The position numbers were made by a program, and so were the translations under genes. From the NCBI GenBank assembly GCA_000165425.1, contig CT868016.1:248001-270377 (forward strand): DNA of 22,377 bases, read 5' to 3'. Every line of letters starts with the position of its first letter. Position 1 is the stretch's first letter. The notes beneath the pieces were generated by a model. That model did not search any database and was not told where the DNA came from. It saw only the letters and a program-made list of their open reading frames with translations. Positions 12,511 through 22,377 of this stretch are shown one piece after another. Source of the DNA: Paramecium tetraurelia (Eukaryota).

Positions 12511-13311
12511 TCAAAATTTATGGATTTTTATTTTATCTTCCAAATTTGTTGATTTATAATCAAACTCAATTTCATTTGCTGGCCCATTACAAATAGTGAC
12601 AGCTCTTTTTCTATTAATACTTCCAAAAAACTATGAATATAAAGTTTCTACTTAATCTCTACCTTTTGATTAAGGTTAAAAAGTATTTATTTCCTTTCCT
12701 TATTCTGAAATCATAAAGTATTTATTATCTTATAGAATTTTAATCTCAATAACTGTTTTAAGTCTGTTTGAGTGCAATCGAGAAGTTATAGGTTTATTAA
12801 TATCCTGTTTTTTGAATTCTACAGTATTTATTGGACATTATACAGCAGACAATTGCAGAGGCGTTTTTTTTCGTTTAGAACTCTTAATTTGCTTGTATTT
12901 CTTCTATATTTATGTAAAAGCAAAGGATAGGGGCTTGAGTAAGGGCAATCCAACTGATTTTTATTCTTAGAATCTCTGATTTAATTAATATTGTTGAGTA
13001 TGTTAAGATGGTAATTTGTTAATAGGACCTTTAAAGTTCTCATAGTTATTTTTCTTTTTACACCAATTTTATATTGAATGCTTAATACAGAGATTTCTCA
13101 TTGTCAAATCGGCCTGCAATTTATCCTGGAACTGACCTCTGGTTTTACAACAAAATGCTTAAATTTTTAGCCAGTTTATATCAATATTCAACAATAGTAG
13201 TGTTTGGTTTTATTCATTGAATTAAAGGATGGAATTCATACTTCTTAATTTATTAGTTTGCTATGGAATTTAATCCGAATTCAGTTTCTAAGTCATGGTT
13301 TAATTTAACAT
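12511..13311 (-). CDS. Hypothetical basic protein, 266 aa, intronless
   Basis: ATG 13311 to TGA 12511-12513, 266 codons without TGA in code 6 (MLNQTMTQKLNSDQIP...IKIHKF). It fills the gap between its neighbours almost exactly. No domain recognised. Confidence 0.75.
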
Positions 13312-13371
13312 ATTATCATTATATAATTAACAATAAATTATTCTTCTCCATTGATTAATATAATAAATATT

Positions 13372-14023
13372 TCATGGAGCTGATCCGATTTGGAATGTAA
13401 CTTAATTTCCTTAAACTACTTTTCCCAAACATCTCATATTCTGTTAGTCCACATAAATTTTGTGTTTTACGATATGAGAAATATCATTATTCTATAACAA
13501 GGCAACAATATCCACTTAATTATTAATAATGTCGGCATCTATTTTTTAAATCTTGAAGCCTTATATGAATACAATCTTAACAGAAATAATGTTATCCAAT
13601 CCTTTTTCAATCTATATTTTATAATGTTCTTTACATCACAAAAATATCGATTTGGGTTTCTGAATTACTCTAAATGGAGTGCAACATCATTTTTTTCTTC
13701 TTATTTTAAATATCTCTATTCAAATAAACTTAGTTAATTTTGCAATCTATAAATTTCAAAATCTTATTCAGTTCTGATATTATTTATCTCTTACTACAAG
13801 TTATTAATTTCCTATATTAATATATTATAAAGACTTATTCTTTTTAACTCAACATCTGAGGAATAAGTTGTATTTCCTCCTTTAATTAAAGTAATCTATT
13901 GTTCGATTCAGAAATTTCAGTAATAATTCTTTCAGACTGTAATTGGTATTAATCATTTTACTCTTTAATGATTTTATAAGTTTGATACTCCATCCTATTT
14001 AAAACCGGATCTGCTTCAGACAT
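13372..14023 (-). CDS. Hypothetical protein, ~201 aa: N-terminal coiled coil plus beta-rich C-terminal domain
   Basis: ATG 14023 (MSEADPVLNRMEYQ...). Two 23-nt introns, 13812-13834 (GTC donor) and 13612-13634, keep the frame open to TGA 13372-13374. The N-half is rich in Leu/Glu/Gln heptads. Confidence 0.72.
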
Positions 14024-14161
14024 ATTATTTTATTTATTTAATTAATCAATTAATAGAAATGAAAATAATTTTTTACAATGAAAAAATTAATAGCAATTAG
14101 AAACAATAGGATATAAATTTAAACTTTATTAGAATTATTATTTGGATATAATTGCGTCAAC

Positions 14162-15361
14162 TCATTCAGATAATTTTTGATTGATATATTCGATTAATCT
14201 GTCAACTATATCAATTTCGGTTTATCTATATAATTTTTTGAAATTTAATACCTACTAACCTTTTGATTGCTGTATTCTGAGTCTTCCAATTCATTAATTT
14301 TAGTAGCATCTTAAATGTTTAATTAGGTAACTTCTACTAAAGCATTTGAAATATTAATTAATCCATCTAATTCATTCAATCTAGATTATATTTCCTTAAG
14401 TCTATTGTTTGCAGTGGCCAATGAAACTTGTAATGTTTGTTTTTCGTTTTTTAAGTCATCACCTAATCTAGTCAAATTTTCAATCTAAAAATTCTAAATT
14501 TTTTTTTACTTATGTTTTGTGATTTGCTTCAAGTTAATCTTGTCCTTCTTATAAGGCAGTTATCAAACGAGCAACTAAACTCAATACGTTATTAAGGGTT
14601 TCTGGGTTAACTTTAGTTGTCATTTCAGCTAATCCTTCAATAATTGGCTGGAACAATGTTAAAGAACTCTTTTTAGTATGAGCCTCCAAGATTTCCTTAA
14701 TTTTTTAGAAATTCTCTTTGGTTTATAAGAGATTGCTCTTGGTGTCCTAACTAAGAAAATTATTTAAAGAATATTTACGTAAGTTAAATTAGTGATGCTC
14801 CTTCACCTCTCAAATTCATGAGTAATCTTTATGCTTCCTTACAAGCCAAAATGGCATCGCTATAGTCTTGATATTTAGCTGTAAAATCTGTATTTTCTGC
14901 ATCCAATCTTGATTAAGCATCACCACTTCCTCTACTATTTCTATCTAAAGCAGCCTGATCTGCAATAAATTATAAAGAAAAAAATTACCCTCATTTACTC
15001 TAGTTTAAAGAGTTGTTAATTCATTGCTAAGACTTGTTTGTTCTTATCTTTAATTGTCCAAATCGGCTTATGCTTATTCTAAAGTAGCTTATAATTTAGC
15101 CAAATCAACTTGGCTTCTACGATTGAATGTGGCATTTTCTTGATCTTATAATTAAGTAAGAGAAATGAGTTCATCCTTAATTTATTACAAAAGTTGCTTT
15201 AATTCATTGAGGGATCCTCCTGTCTTCATATTTACAGAAACTAAATTGATCATTGACTTTCCAAAAGGGTGATCGCCATACTAGGCAAGTTTGTCAGTCA
15301 TTTCAGTTATAGATGTTGCATAGATGCATGCAATCAAGGCTAACACCACAAAGTGTTTCAT
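14162..15361 (-). CDS. TMP: Trichocyst matrix protein precursor (TMP / granule-lattice GRL-like family), ~363 aa
   Basis: Signal peptide MKHFVVLALIACIYA; pro-region DHPFGKSMINLVSVNMKTGGSLNELKQLL; two coiled-coil halves linked by a GASLIQL...PIIEGLAEM region; C-terminal RQTEIDIVDRLIEYINQKLSE. Introns 14960-14988, 14751-14778, 14485-14509 and 14226-14251; TGA 14162-14164. Subfamily not assigned. Confidence 0.87.
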
Positions 15362-15410
15362 TATTTTATTTTAAATTATTATGAGTACCTCAAAAACGAA
15401 TTATAATATT

Positions 15411-15672
15411 ATGTTAAAATATAAACAGTAACGAATATTGGAAGATGATTTTTAACCCTATAAATTGATGGTACTATCTAAATTATAAATTAAATAAGAT
15501 TTAACAACATAAATTGCGTTCATCTGAAAAAAAGAGACCACTCAGTCGTCCCAGAACATCATCTGTAAACAAGCCTCAAGTTGACATATTACCTGAAATT
15601 AAAATTCAAAGTGAAATACTAACTTAAGCTATAAATTCCTTAAGAAAAACTATTAGCTAGTTTAAGGAATGA
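15411..15672 (+). CDS. Small hypothetical protein, 77 aa (87 aa from the in-frame ATG at 15381)
   Basis: MLKYKQQRILEDDFQPYKLM, a 28-nt intron at 15471-15498 (GTA..AAG), then IQQHKLRSSEKKRPLSRPRTSSVNKPQVDILPEIKIQSEILTQAINSLRKTISQFKE-TGA. Exons are visibly more GC-rich than the intron and flanks. Confidence 0.65.
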
Positions 15673-16358
15673 ATTTATAAATTATTATAGTTATAGTACT
15701 CAACCTGTAAGTAATTCAAGTATTTGAATTGTTAAAGCTCATAATAACATTCAAATTCTCTCACAAAATATATATATTAACAATATCTCATATTATGTGA
15801 TGCTTATTATTTAATTAATTGTATTAGAAATGATAAGAATTTGCAATAATAATTTTTATATAAACATAATATTTATAAAAAATATTGGATGAGATATCAA
15901 TTTATCAAATATCAAAGATATTGACAAAACATTGTTTTTACTCCTGGATTATACATTAATACTAAAAAACATTATAAACAACTCTATTCAAACACAATAG
16001 GTAGACAACAAAGAGATCTTATTTTATTCTTAATAATCAAGTTATATTTATTCAAAGAAGCTTAAATTTTTCAATAAATACTAAATAAATGGTTAAAGTG
16101 ATATTATCAGATGCAGTAATTTTTTATATGCTTTAATTAAGAAATCAGCAGGCTCCTAAAATTTAACAATTGGATTGGTTTAAAACATCTATAGACCCAT
16201 GATTTGTAAAGACTTTGATTTAGAGAATCCTTTCAATATGTATTTGAAAGTTTTTTCAATACATACTAAATGACCTTAAGTTTCACGTTTATATAGTTAG
16301 CTGCAACAATTGACTTTTTGATTATGATAAATTATTTTCTTTTAATATACTTAAATAC

Positions 16359-17163
16359 TCATTTTCTTAATAATGAAATGGCTCCACTTACTTAGTAATC
16401 CCAAATCAAATAGGCCACCAATGCTCCATATAATGCATAATTTATGATGTCATTTGAATGAATTTTCCACAAGAATAAATATGATTATTTTTTATACTCA
16501 TTCCAACCTTGCTTTTTGGCAAAGGAAATGTCTTTATTAATCATAAACCCATAAAATCCAACTACCCATACGGAAATTAGAATAGTATATGCTAACCAAT
16601 GTCCACTAAGGATTGCAAATGACAAATACAATACCATTTCACCTGTATAATTAGGATTCCTATTGTATTTAAACATTCCTTCTGTAATCAAACCTTATTT
16701 ATATTTCAATGTATAGTATTTTTAGCAATCGCTCACAATCATTAATACAACTCCAAAAACATAAGCAAAAATAGCAGTCACTACACGAGCGTTGCTTGGA
16801 TTTAGTATTCCACTTGATATTTATAACCAGGCAATAACCCAATATAAGCTTAATAATAAAGTAGTGAATATTAATGAACCAATCGTAATCTTATTCTGAA
16901 AAGTTCGATCTGGAAATGTAAAATCTTTGACAACCCAAATGACTCCATAGCTACCATGCAATGCCAACTAATATAATATATTTCAGTTATACGTAGAGAT
17001 AAGCACCTAAAGAAAAATTTTAATACCACCAAATGAGGAAAACAACAAAAAAGGCTGTTAATCCTTTTTAAGCATTAATTATGTGGCACTATTTGATTAC
17101 TCTAGGTCCTCCCAAAAAATCATTTACGATAACTTTAGCAAACTCTTAATGTTACCTAAGCAT
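16359..17163 (-). CDS. DUF1295 / steroid 5-alpha-reductase C-terminal-like (ICMT/ERG4-ERG24 clan) multi-pass membrane protein, ~259 aa
   Basis: ATG 17163; one 25-nt intron at 16968-16992. Motifs FLGGPRVIKQCHIINAQKG, YLALHGSYGVIWVVKDFTFPD and SDCQKYYTLKYKQGLITEGMFKYNRNPNYTGEMVLY; several hydrophobic helices. TGA 16359-16361. Includes track ORF 16485..16691. Confidence 0.87.
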
Positions 17164-17207
17164 AAATTAAATTTTTATCAATAATATAATATTATTAATA
17201 TGTAAAT

Positions 17208-18047
17208 TCAAATAAAAAGTGAACTAATTAAGTATATTGATTGTTCTTCATCCGATAAACACTCTTCAAATTCTTCCTATAATGTTCTTTAGATTACTTT
17301 CTCTGATTATTCTTAATTGCATTCAAGATTTATAACATCTTCATTGTCATTTTCTATTCGAGGTAAATGTAGGCTTAATTCATCGTCGGTGTCTTTTTGT
17401 TTATTTCCATCATCATATTGTTCACAATTTTTAATTAGGAAGGGGATGTCATTATCTATATAATGCAATTCAAGAGATTTAATATAATTGGCAACAAATC
17501 GATCCTCATACTAAGTGAATATTTAGTTTTTCATCGATTGAGTAGTTGAAAAATTTTTTATTTTCTTTGAATGAGCTAATTATCCAAATTTATTGAGAAA
17601 ATCAACTTTTTATTTTAATTCTTTTTATATTTTGCTATTTTAATGAGTTAACTCCTCACAAATCATTTGATGTAATTCTAGCTATTTTACTAATTGCTTT
17701 TTATGAAGTTTTTATTCTTTTGATTTTAGCATATTCTCTTTAAGTTGATGCTAAAATTAAGTGTTTTTTATTTTAGCAAGCATATATTCTTCATACAATT
17801 GCTAATACTCGAAGTTATCAAAAGACATATGCTTTTAAATTTATAAATTTTGCTTCCTCTCAGTTTTACTCAATCTTGTCTCTATTTCATGCAATTCTAA
17901 TAATTTTTGTGAAATTGCTTTTTTAAGATCCTTTAGTTACTCATACTAATTTCCAATTTAGTCACATTTATTTTCGATTACCTAAGTAATATGTCTAATT
18001 TTAACATCCATTAAACAAATATTTTCATCATATGCTTAATTTTACAT
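17208..18047 (-). CDS. Hypothetical coiled-coil protein with acidic C-terminus, 279 aa, intronless
   Basis: ATG 18047 (MQNQAYDENICLMDVKIRH...) to TGA 17208-17210, 279 codons without TGA in code 6. K/Q/E/L-rich heptads and a D/E-rich tail. Confidence 0.78.
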
Positions 18048-18999
18048 TTTATATAGTTTAATATAAATTATTATTTTCTCAAAGTGTTTCTAGACTATTA
18101 AGTAATTCTATTTGATTATATAACTATACATTTAAAAAGTAACAATTTAAAATTCTCTTATAAAAATTGATAGAAAATTTCAAGATTACTAGAAATCAAA
18201 ATAAAGGAATATTTTTAAATCAATTAATGTTTTTCAACAACTTATATTTCTCTTTGCGATTCCCAAGATACTGCTAATTCAATCTGTATCATTCTATATA
18301 TTCTTTGGTATAGGGTATTATCTAAAACTTGTGCAAGAATGCATATAACCATCTATTAATCTCTTGATTCGGTTAATAATTGATGGAGACTAATCAACTT
18401 TCAAAACTGTGAATACTCTAAACATGAAAACGCTATATATTCTTCCTTCCAATTAGAAGCACAATAGAAGGGATAAGTATGAACATTAACAAATAATTAA
18501 ATCTAAAATGTAAAAGGAAGACTTAATTTCTAAATAATTAATAAAAATTATCAATATTCTAAAATTTAAAAAATACATAATGTCAATGAAAAAAAAACCA
18601 TATAACAAGATCAAAATTTGATTTATAAACCTAAATATCAATCATAGTTTCGAATTGTAAAAATTTGTATTATTATCTTATATCATCTTGAAAGGAAAAC
18701 AAAAGAATTCCAAGATATTTAATAACTCAAATTAAATTTATCCTTATATTCTTGAATTTTCAATAGTTATAACAAGGTGTTTTAAAGGATGTAAAATTGA
18801 TTTTTTATTGTTTCTAATTCTTATAATAAAAAATCCATAATTAAGTTTGATAACTCTATATTTTTAAACATGAATATTATTCTAACCCACATCCTTAGTG
18901 GCTAAAATTTACTTTAAGAAGATACTACTATTAATATTCAGCCAATAAAAATTCGATGCAATATTTTAGAAGCGCAATTTCTAATTACTTCATCCTAAT

Positions 19000-19753
19000 G
19001 GACCTCCCTAGTACAAATTAGATTTTAGTTTAGGTTTTATTCTTTTTGTTCTCTCCAATGAATCCTTTTATTAATTACTTTTATAAGGTTCTACAACAAC
19101 CGAGATTATTCGCTTTCAGAATAGAACATATAAGCTCAAAATATCATGGAAATTCATTATTATCCCAAGACCTTCTATTCCCACACACTAACTTCTACAA
19201 ATTAAATCGAAAAATCCTCAATATATATAATTCCTTTTACTTAATATAAGTGTGATATTTTCAAACCGACTTATAAATATACATTTATTCTGCAGACATG
19301 GTCACAGATATGGTTGCGATAAATCAAATTTGATCTCTTTTCATCATTAATAGTATTACCCACATCTAATTCTCACAAACCTGTGAGAGGAGAACACAGA
19401 ACATTCAAAATATAATTTTATACTTCGTAAATGATTATTGCTTGTACGCGACACTATTCTACATCTAATTTGATAAATTTCTCTTTGACATAGACATCTT
19501 TTAAATCTTTCCAATTCTATTCTCCTCACCCCTTTTATGATAGTTACTAATTTGGTGCTATTGTAAATATAATTACCATTGATTTTGTACCAATTCTTCT
19601 TAGAAACATTTTTTTCACTATATCCATAGTGCCACTTATGCAATTCCTTAAATTTTTCTCAAACAAATTAATTGAGATTTTAAAGAAAATTTATTTGAAC
19701 CACAATTAATAATAACTTCTGCTTAGCTGCCTAACTATTTGTGAATATTTCAT
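19000..19753 (-). pseudogene. Probable decayed TBC-domain RabGAP gene
   Basis: Ordered remnants across shifting frames with internal TGAs: KLVTIIKGV, FIKLDVEQCR (cf. IxxDxxR), EVQNYILNVLCS, ELDVG, then QI*FIATISVTMSAEQMY (cf. YxQGMNFIAALLLxxMSEExAF) and ICSILKAN. Boundaries are approximate. Confidence 0.42.
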
Positions 19754-20337
19754 TTTTAATTTAATAAGAAATTTCAGTACATTACTTAACTGAAATTATG
19801 TTCTTGCTTAAATCATCTAAACGAATTGAGTTTAGCTTTTAATCTAGGATAGGTTTCATTATAAGTTTAAAAATAAAAACTAAATTCAGCAATCATTGAG
19901 AAAATTTATAATTCACCAAGTTATAACCAAACAACTTCTAGATTTTAATCTTAGTATGTCAATTCCAATCATTGATTTCATCAAAAAAGTTTTAAAGCAG
20001 ATGCTTAAAAATTTCAAGGAGGATTAATCTTTGCCTTTGATTCAGGTAGTTATTCTATTTCCACTTTATAATTTTCTCTAACTGCATATTAATTAGATTT
20101 CTTTGGCTAAAATAATGTATCAACTTAAGTAATCTTGTATTTTTTTATAAGTACTGTATTATAAATGTTCTTTAATTATTCTACTTATGCAAAATTATTC
20201 ACTTATTTAAAGGGGGATATCTTTAAAAATTATTCTATTGTTGACAGCCTATTTTTATTTTTTATTGACAAATTCAAAAATATATGATTGATTATATTCT
20301 TTTCGTGAAATCATAAAATTAGGAATTTAAAATCAAA

Positions 20338-20770
20338 ATGCCTAATCTATGTTATGTAATCCTATTTTATTTCAATTCAGAATATTAATATACAATATAA
20401 ACTTAACAATATTTTGGACTGAAGCTTAATATACAGATGAGGGGATTGAAATAATTAGGATTATATCTCATAATTAAGATCCTTTGAACAAATTTTGAAG
20501 TATTTTAAATCAAATCAGAAATACCTTATTAACAAGAATTATAACTTTCTCTTTAAAGGAAAAATCAAATATGATAAAAATGCAAAAATTTATCTTAATT
20601 TTCCAACTAATCAAGAGGTATAAAATCCTATGTTGTTTTTCCAAAAATAGATCTGGTTTTACGATTCACTAAATATTTAATAAGCTAATTTACCCTTTTT
20701 GTTTTTGATGTTTTTACTATTTCATGAATAAAATAGAAAATTAGCTTAATTATTAATTATATTCTGAGAT
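20338..20770 (+). pseudogene. Degenerate gene remnant of unknown family
   Basis: AAAATG start context at 20338 and intron-like segments at 20356-20380 (GTA..CAG, 25 nt) and 20618-20650 (GTA..TAG, 33 nt). No single frame stays open. End is approximate. Confidence 0.3.
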
Positions 20771-21296
20771 TGTAATATTTCATAAATAAAAATTGAATCA
20801 ATAAGTTACGAATTATATTTTGATATTGTTATAGTTTCAGTAACAAAACATTGAAAAACAAAATTACTTATGTTATTCTAGTATTTAATATTTATTTAAA
20901 TAATAGTCAGGAAGTGCTTCTTTAATGGTTTTACATTCTTTGATATAATTGATAATTATAATACTTCAATTGATGAAAAAAATTTGTTTAGAGCAGAAAA
21001 TTATTAAGTTATTAAAAATACTAGTACGTCTGACTGCCTTTGACTTAAGCTTTATCTAATGTGAATCTCTCAATTTATTGGTCGAAATGAAGATGGATTT
21101 GAGAATTCTAAGGTTTGACGAATGAGAAATACTTTTATCTTCATTAATGGCAAATTAAAAACCTAATTGCAAATCAAAAGTTTTCGGCATCATTTGGGGC
21201 AAGTTGCTAATAGTAAATAAAATACTTAAATACACATACATTTACTTCAACGATAGAGAGAATAAAAATTTCCTTATTTTAAGCTTTATATTAAAT

Positions 21297-21826
21297 ATGA
21301 ATACAAAAATTAATTTTAAGATTGGATAATGATTTCACTGAAGTTAAGAATAACTCCTAAAGATAGTAATTAGAACCAATTTAATTATATATTAATAGAA
21401 ACAATTCATTTATTTAAGCATTTCTTAGTAGAAAGATCAGTGACTAATTGTTGAAAGTTCAAATTGAGGAAATATGAATTTGATTTAAATATCAATAATT
21501 AATTCATCTCGAATATTAAATCAATATTTTAACCATATTATGAATTTCTTTATGATTACATGGATTAAGATGGATTGACTTTTGATTTCTACAAATAAGA
21601 ATTATTATCTGCTAAAAGAACTGAAAAAACAAAATCACCCATTTTAGTGTTTAACAATGAAAATTGTAAATATTTGAATAATGAACTAATGGAGTGGAGC
21701 AATAATTTAAAGTGCAAGATTTAATCTATTTAAGAAATCTCTTATACATTGAGAAATTCAATGCAGATTTTTACATATTCCTATATAGTTGGTATATTTA
21801 CATATACTTATTGTTTGATTCTATGA
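21297..21826 (+). pseudogene. Frameshifted gene remnant of unknown family
   Basis: ATG 21297 stops quickly. Protein-like text continues in a second frame from 21322 (LDNDFTEVKNNSQRQQLEPIQLY...) and a third from 21461 to 21826 (KLRKYEFDLNINNQFISNIKSIFQPYYEFLYDYMDQDGLTFDFYK...). Confidence 0.3.
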
Positions 21827-22377
21827 TTTACATTATAGAACCTAATATTGTTAATGAATGAACTACATTTATTGTGTTAATTTAATATAACTTTTAGGAT
21901 GTAGAATTTCTCCCTCATGTTACAGATTTTTTAGATTCACTTACAATAAGAAATTTAGAAATAACTTTCTCCCCAAAAAGTTATTAAAATTATCAGTGAT
22001 TAAAGATTTTTATTATATATAAATGATGCCTTTTAGTTATAATAATCAATCGTGTTTCATATGTTTATAGTTTCTAATAAGGGTTTTAGATTCTAATCTT
22101 AATAAATTACAAATATTCCTTTAAAAATTAAAGCATTAAAGTTTCCAAAATTGGATTTTGATAGATTCATAGTATTATGCGATTAAAATTAGCTAAAAAT
22201 GTTAATTTAATTTTGAATGACCATTAACTTATTATTAATAGTTTTTGTTTCTTTTACCCACTACCATAAACTCCTTTTGAAACAAACTTCCTCATTTTCA
22301 TTATTTTGTTTGTTTTATTAGTGAGGAGTGCTGTACAAAAACGGAGATATGAACACAGTTAGGATAATCAATTTCTG

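Noticed and set aside
13937..13961. Intron-like 25-mer GTAAAATGATTAATACCAATTACAG on the minus strand
   Set aside because: Retaining it keeps the coiled-coil frame open, whereas splicing leads to an early TGA. At most a cryptic intron.
19000..19753. In-frame TGAs read as Trp or Sec (ambiguous-stop code, selenoprotein or mitochondrial insert)
   Set aside because: None of the 11 intact genes has an internal TGA, the homology-like motifs change frame, and frequent TAA/TAG exclude the mitochondrial code. Pseudogene decay is simpler.
20970..21023. TGATGA...CTGA pair resembling a box C/D snoRNA
   Set aside because: The C box lacks the leading purine, there is no terminal stem and no recognisable guide. 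Such a pair is expected by chance in AT-rich DNA.
22058..22377. Minus-strand open frame entering from the window edge, with a faint kinase-like EIDYPNCVHI in another frame
   Set aside because: No convincing domain, and the kinase-like frame hits TGAs at once. It cannot be called without flanking sequence.
1..22377. Retained IESs, Tc1/mariner transposons, telomeric repeats, CRISPR arrays or prokaryotic operons
   Set aside because: All interruptions in intact genes are GT-AG introns rather than TA-bounded inserts. I saw no terminal inverted repeats, transposase motifs, C4A2/C3A3 tracts or spaced direct repeats.

Overview
AT-rich eukaryotic DNA, almost certainly ciliate macronuclear sequence of Paramecium type (inference). 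The supplied ORF track is fragmentary because the genes use the ciliate nuclear code (table 6: TAA/TAG = Gln, TGA = only stop) and carry tiny 21-29 nt GT-AG introns. Re-translated by hand, the window holds 11 intact protein genes: the 3' part of an Ariadne-type RBR E3 ligase, a cNMP-binding-domain protein, VPS8 (CORVET), importin-5/Kap121, a CRAL-TRIO/Sec14 protein ending in CaaX, a trichocyst matrix protein precursor, a DUF1295/steroid-reductase-like membrane protein and four orphans. Most are separated by only 20-140 bp. Four longer gaps, chiefly 18048-22377, contain broken coding-like sequence, including a probable decayed TBC RabGAP gene, consistent with gene loss after whole-genome duplication. 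I found no tRNA, rRNA, CRISPR, telomere, transposon or retained IES, and no clearly novel multi-gene system. The best leads are local: a CaaX-tailed Sec14 protein, a stopless 3n intron, an in-frame 21-nt spacer before VPS8, and a microprotein gene head-to-head with the trichocyst gene.
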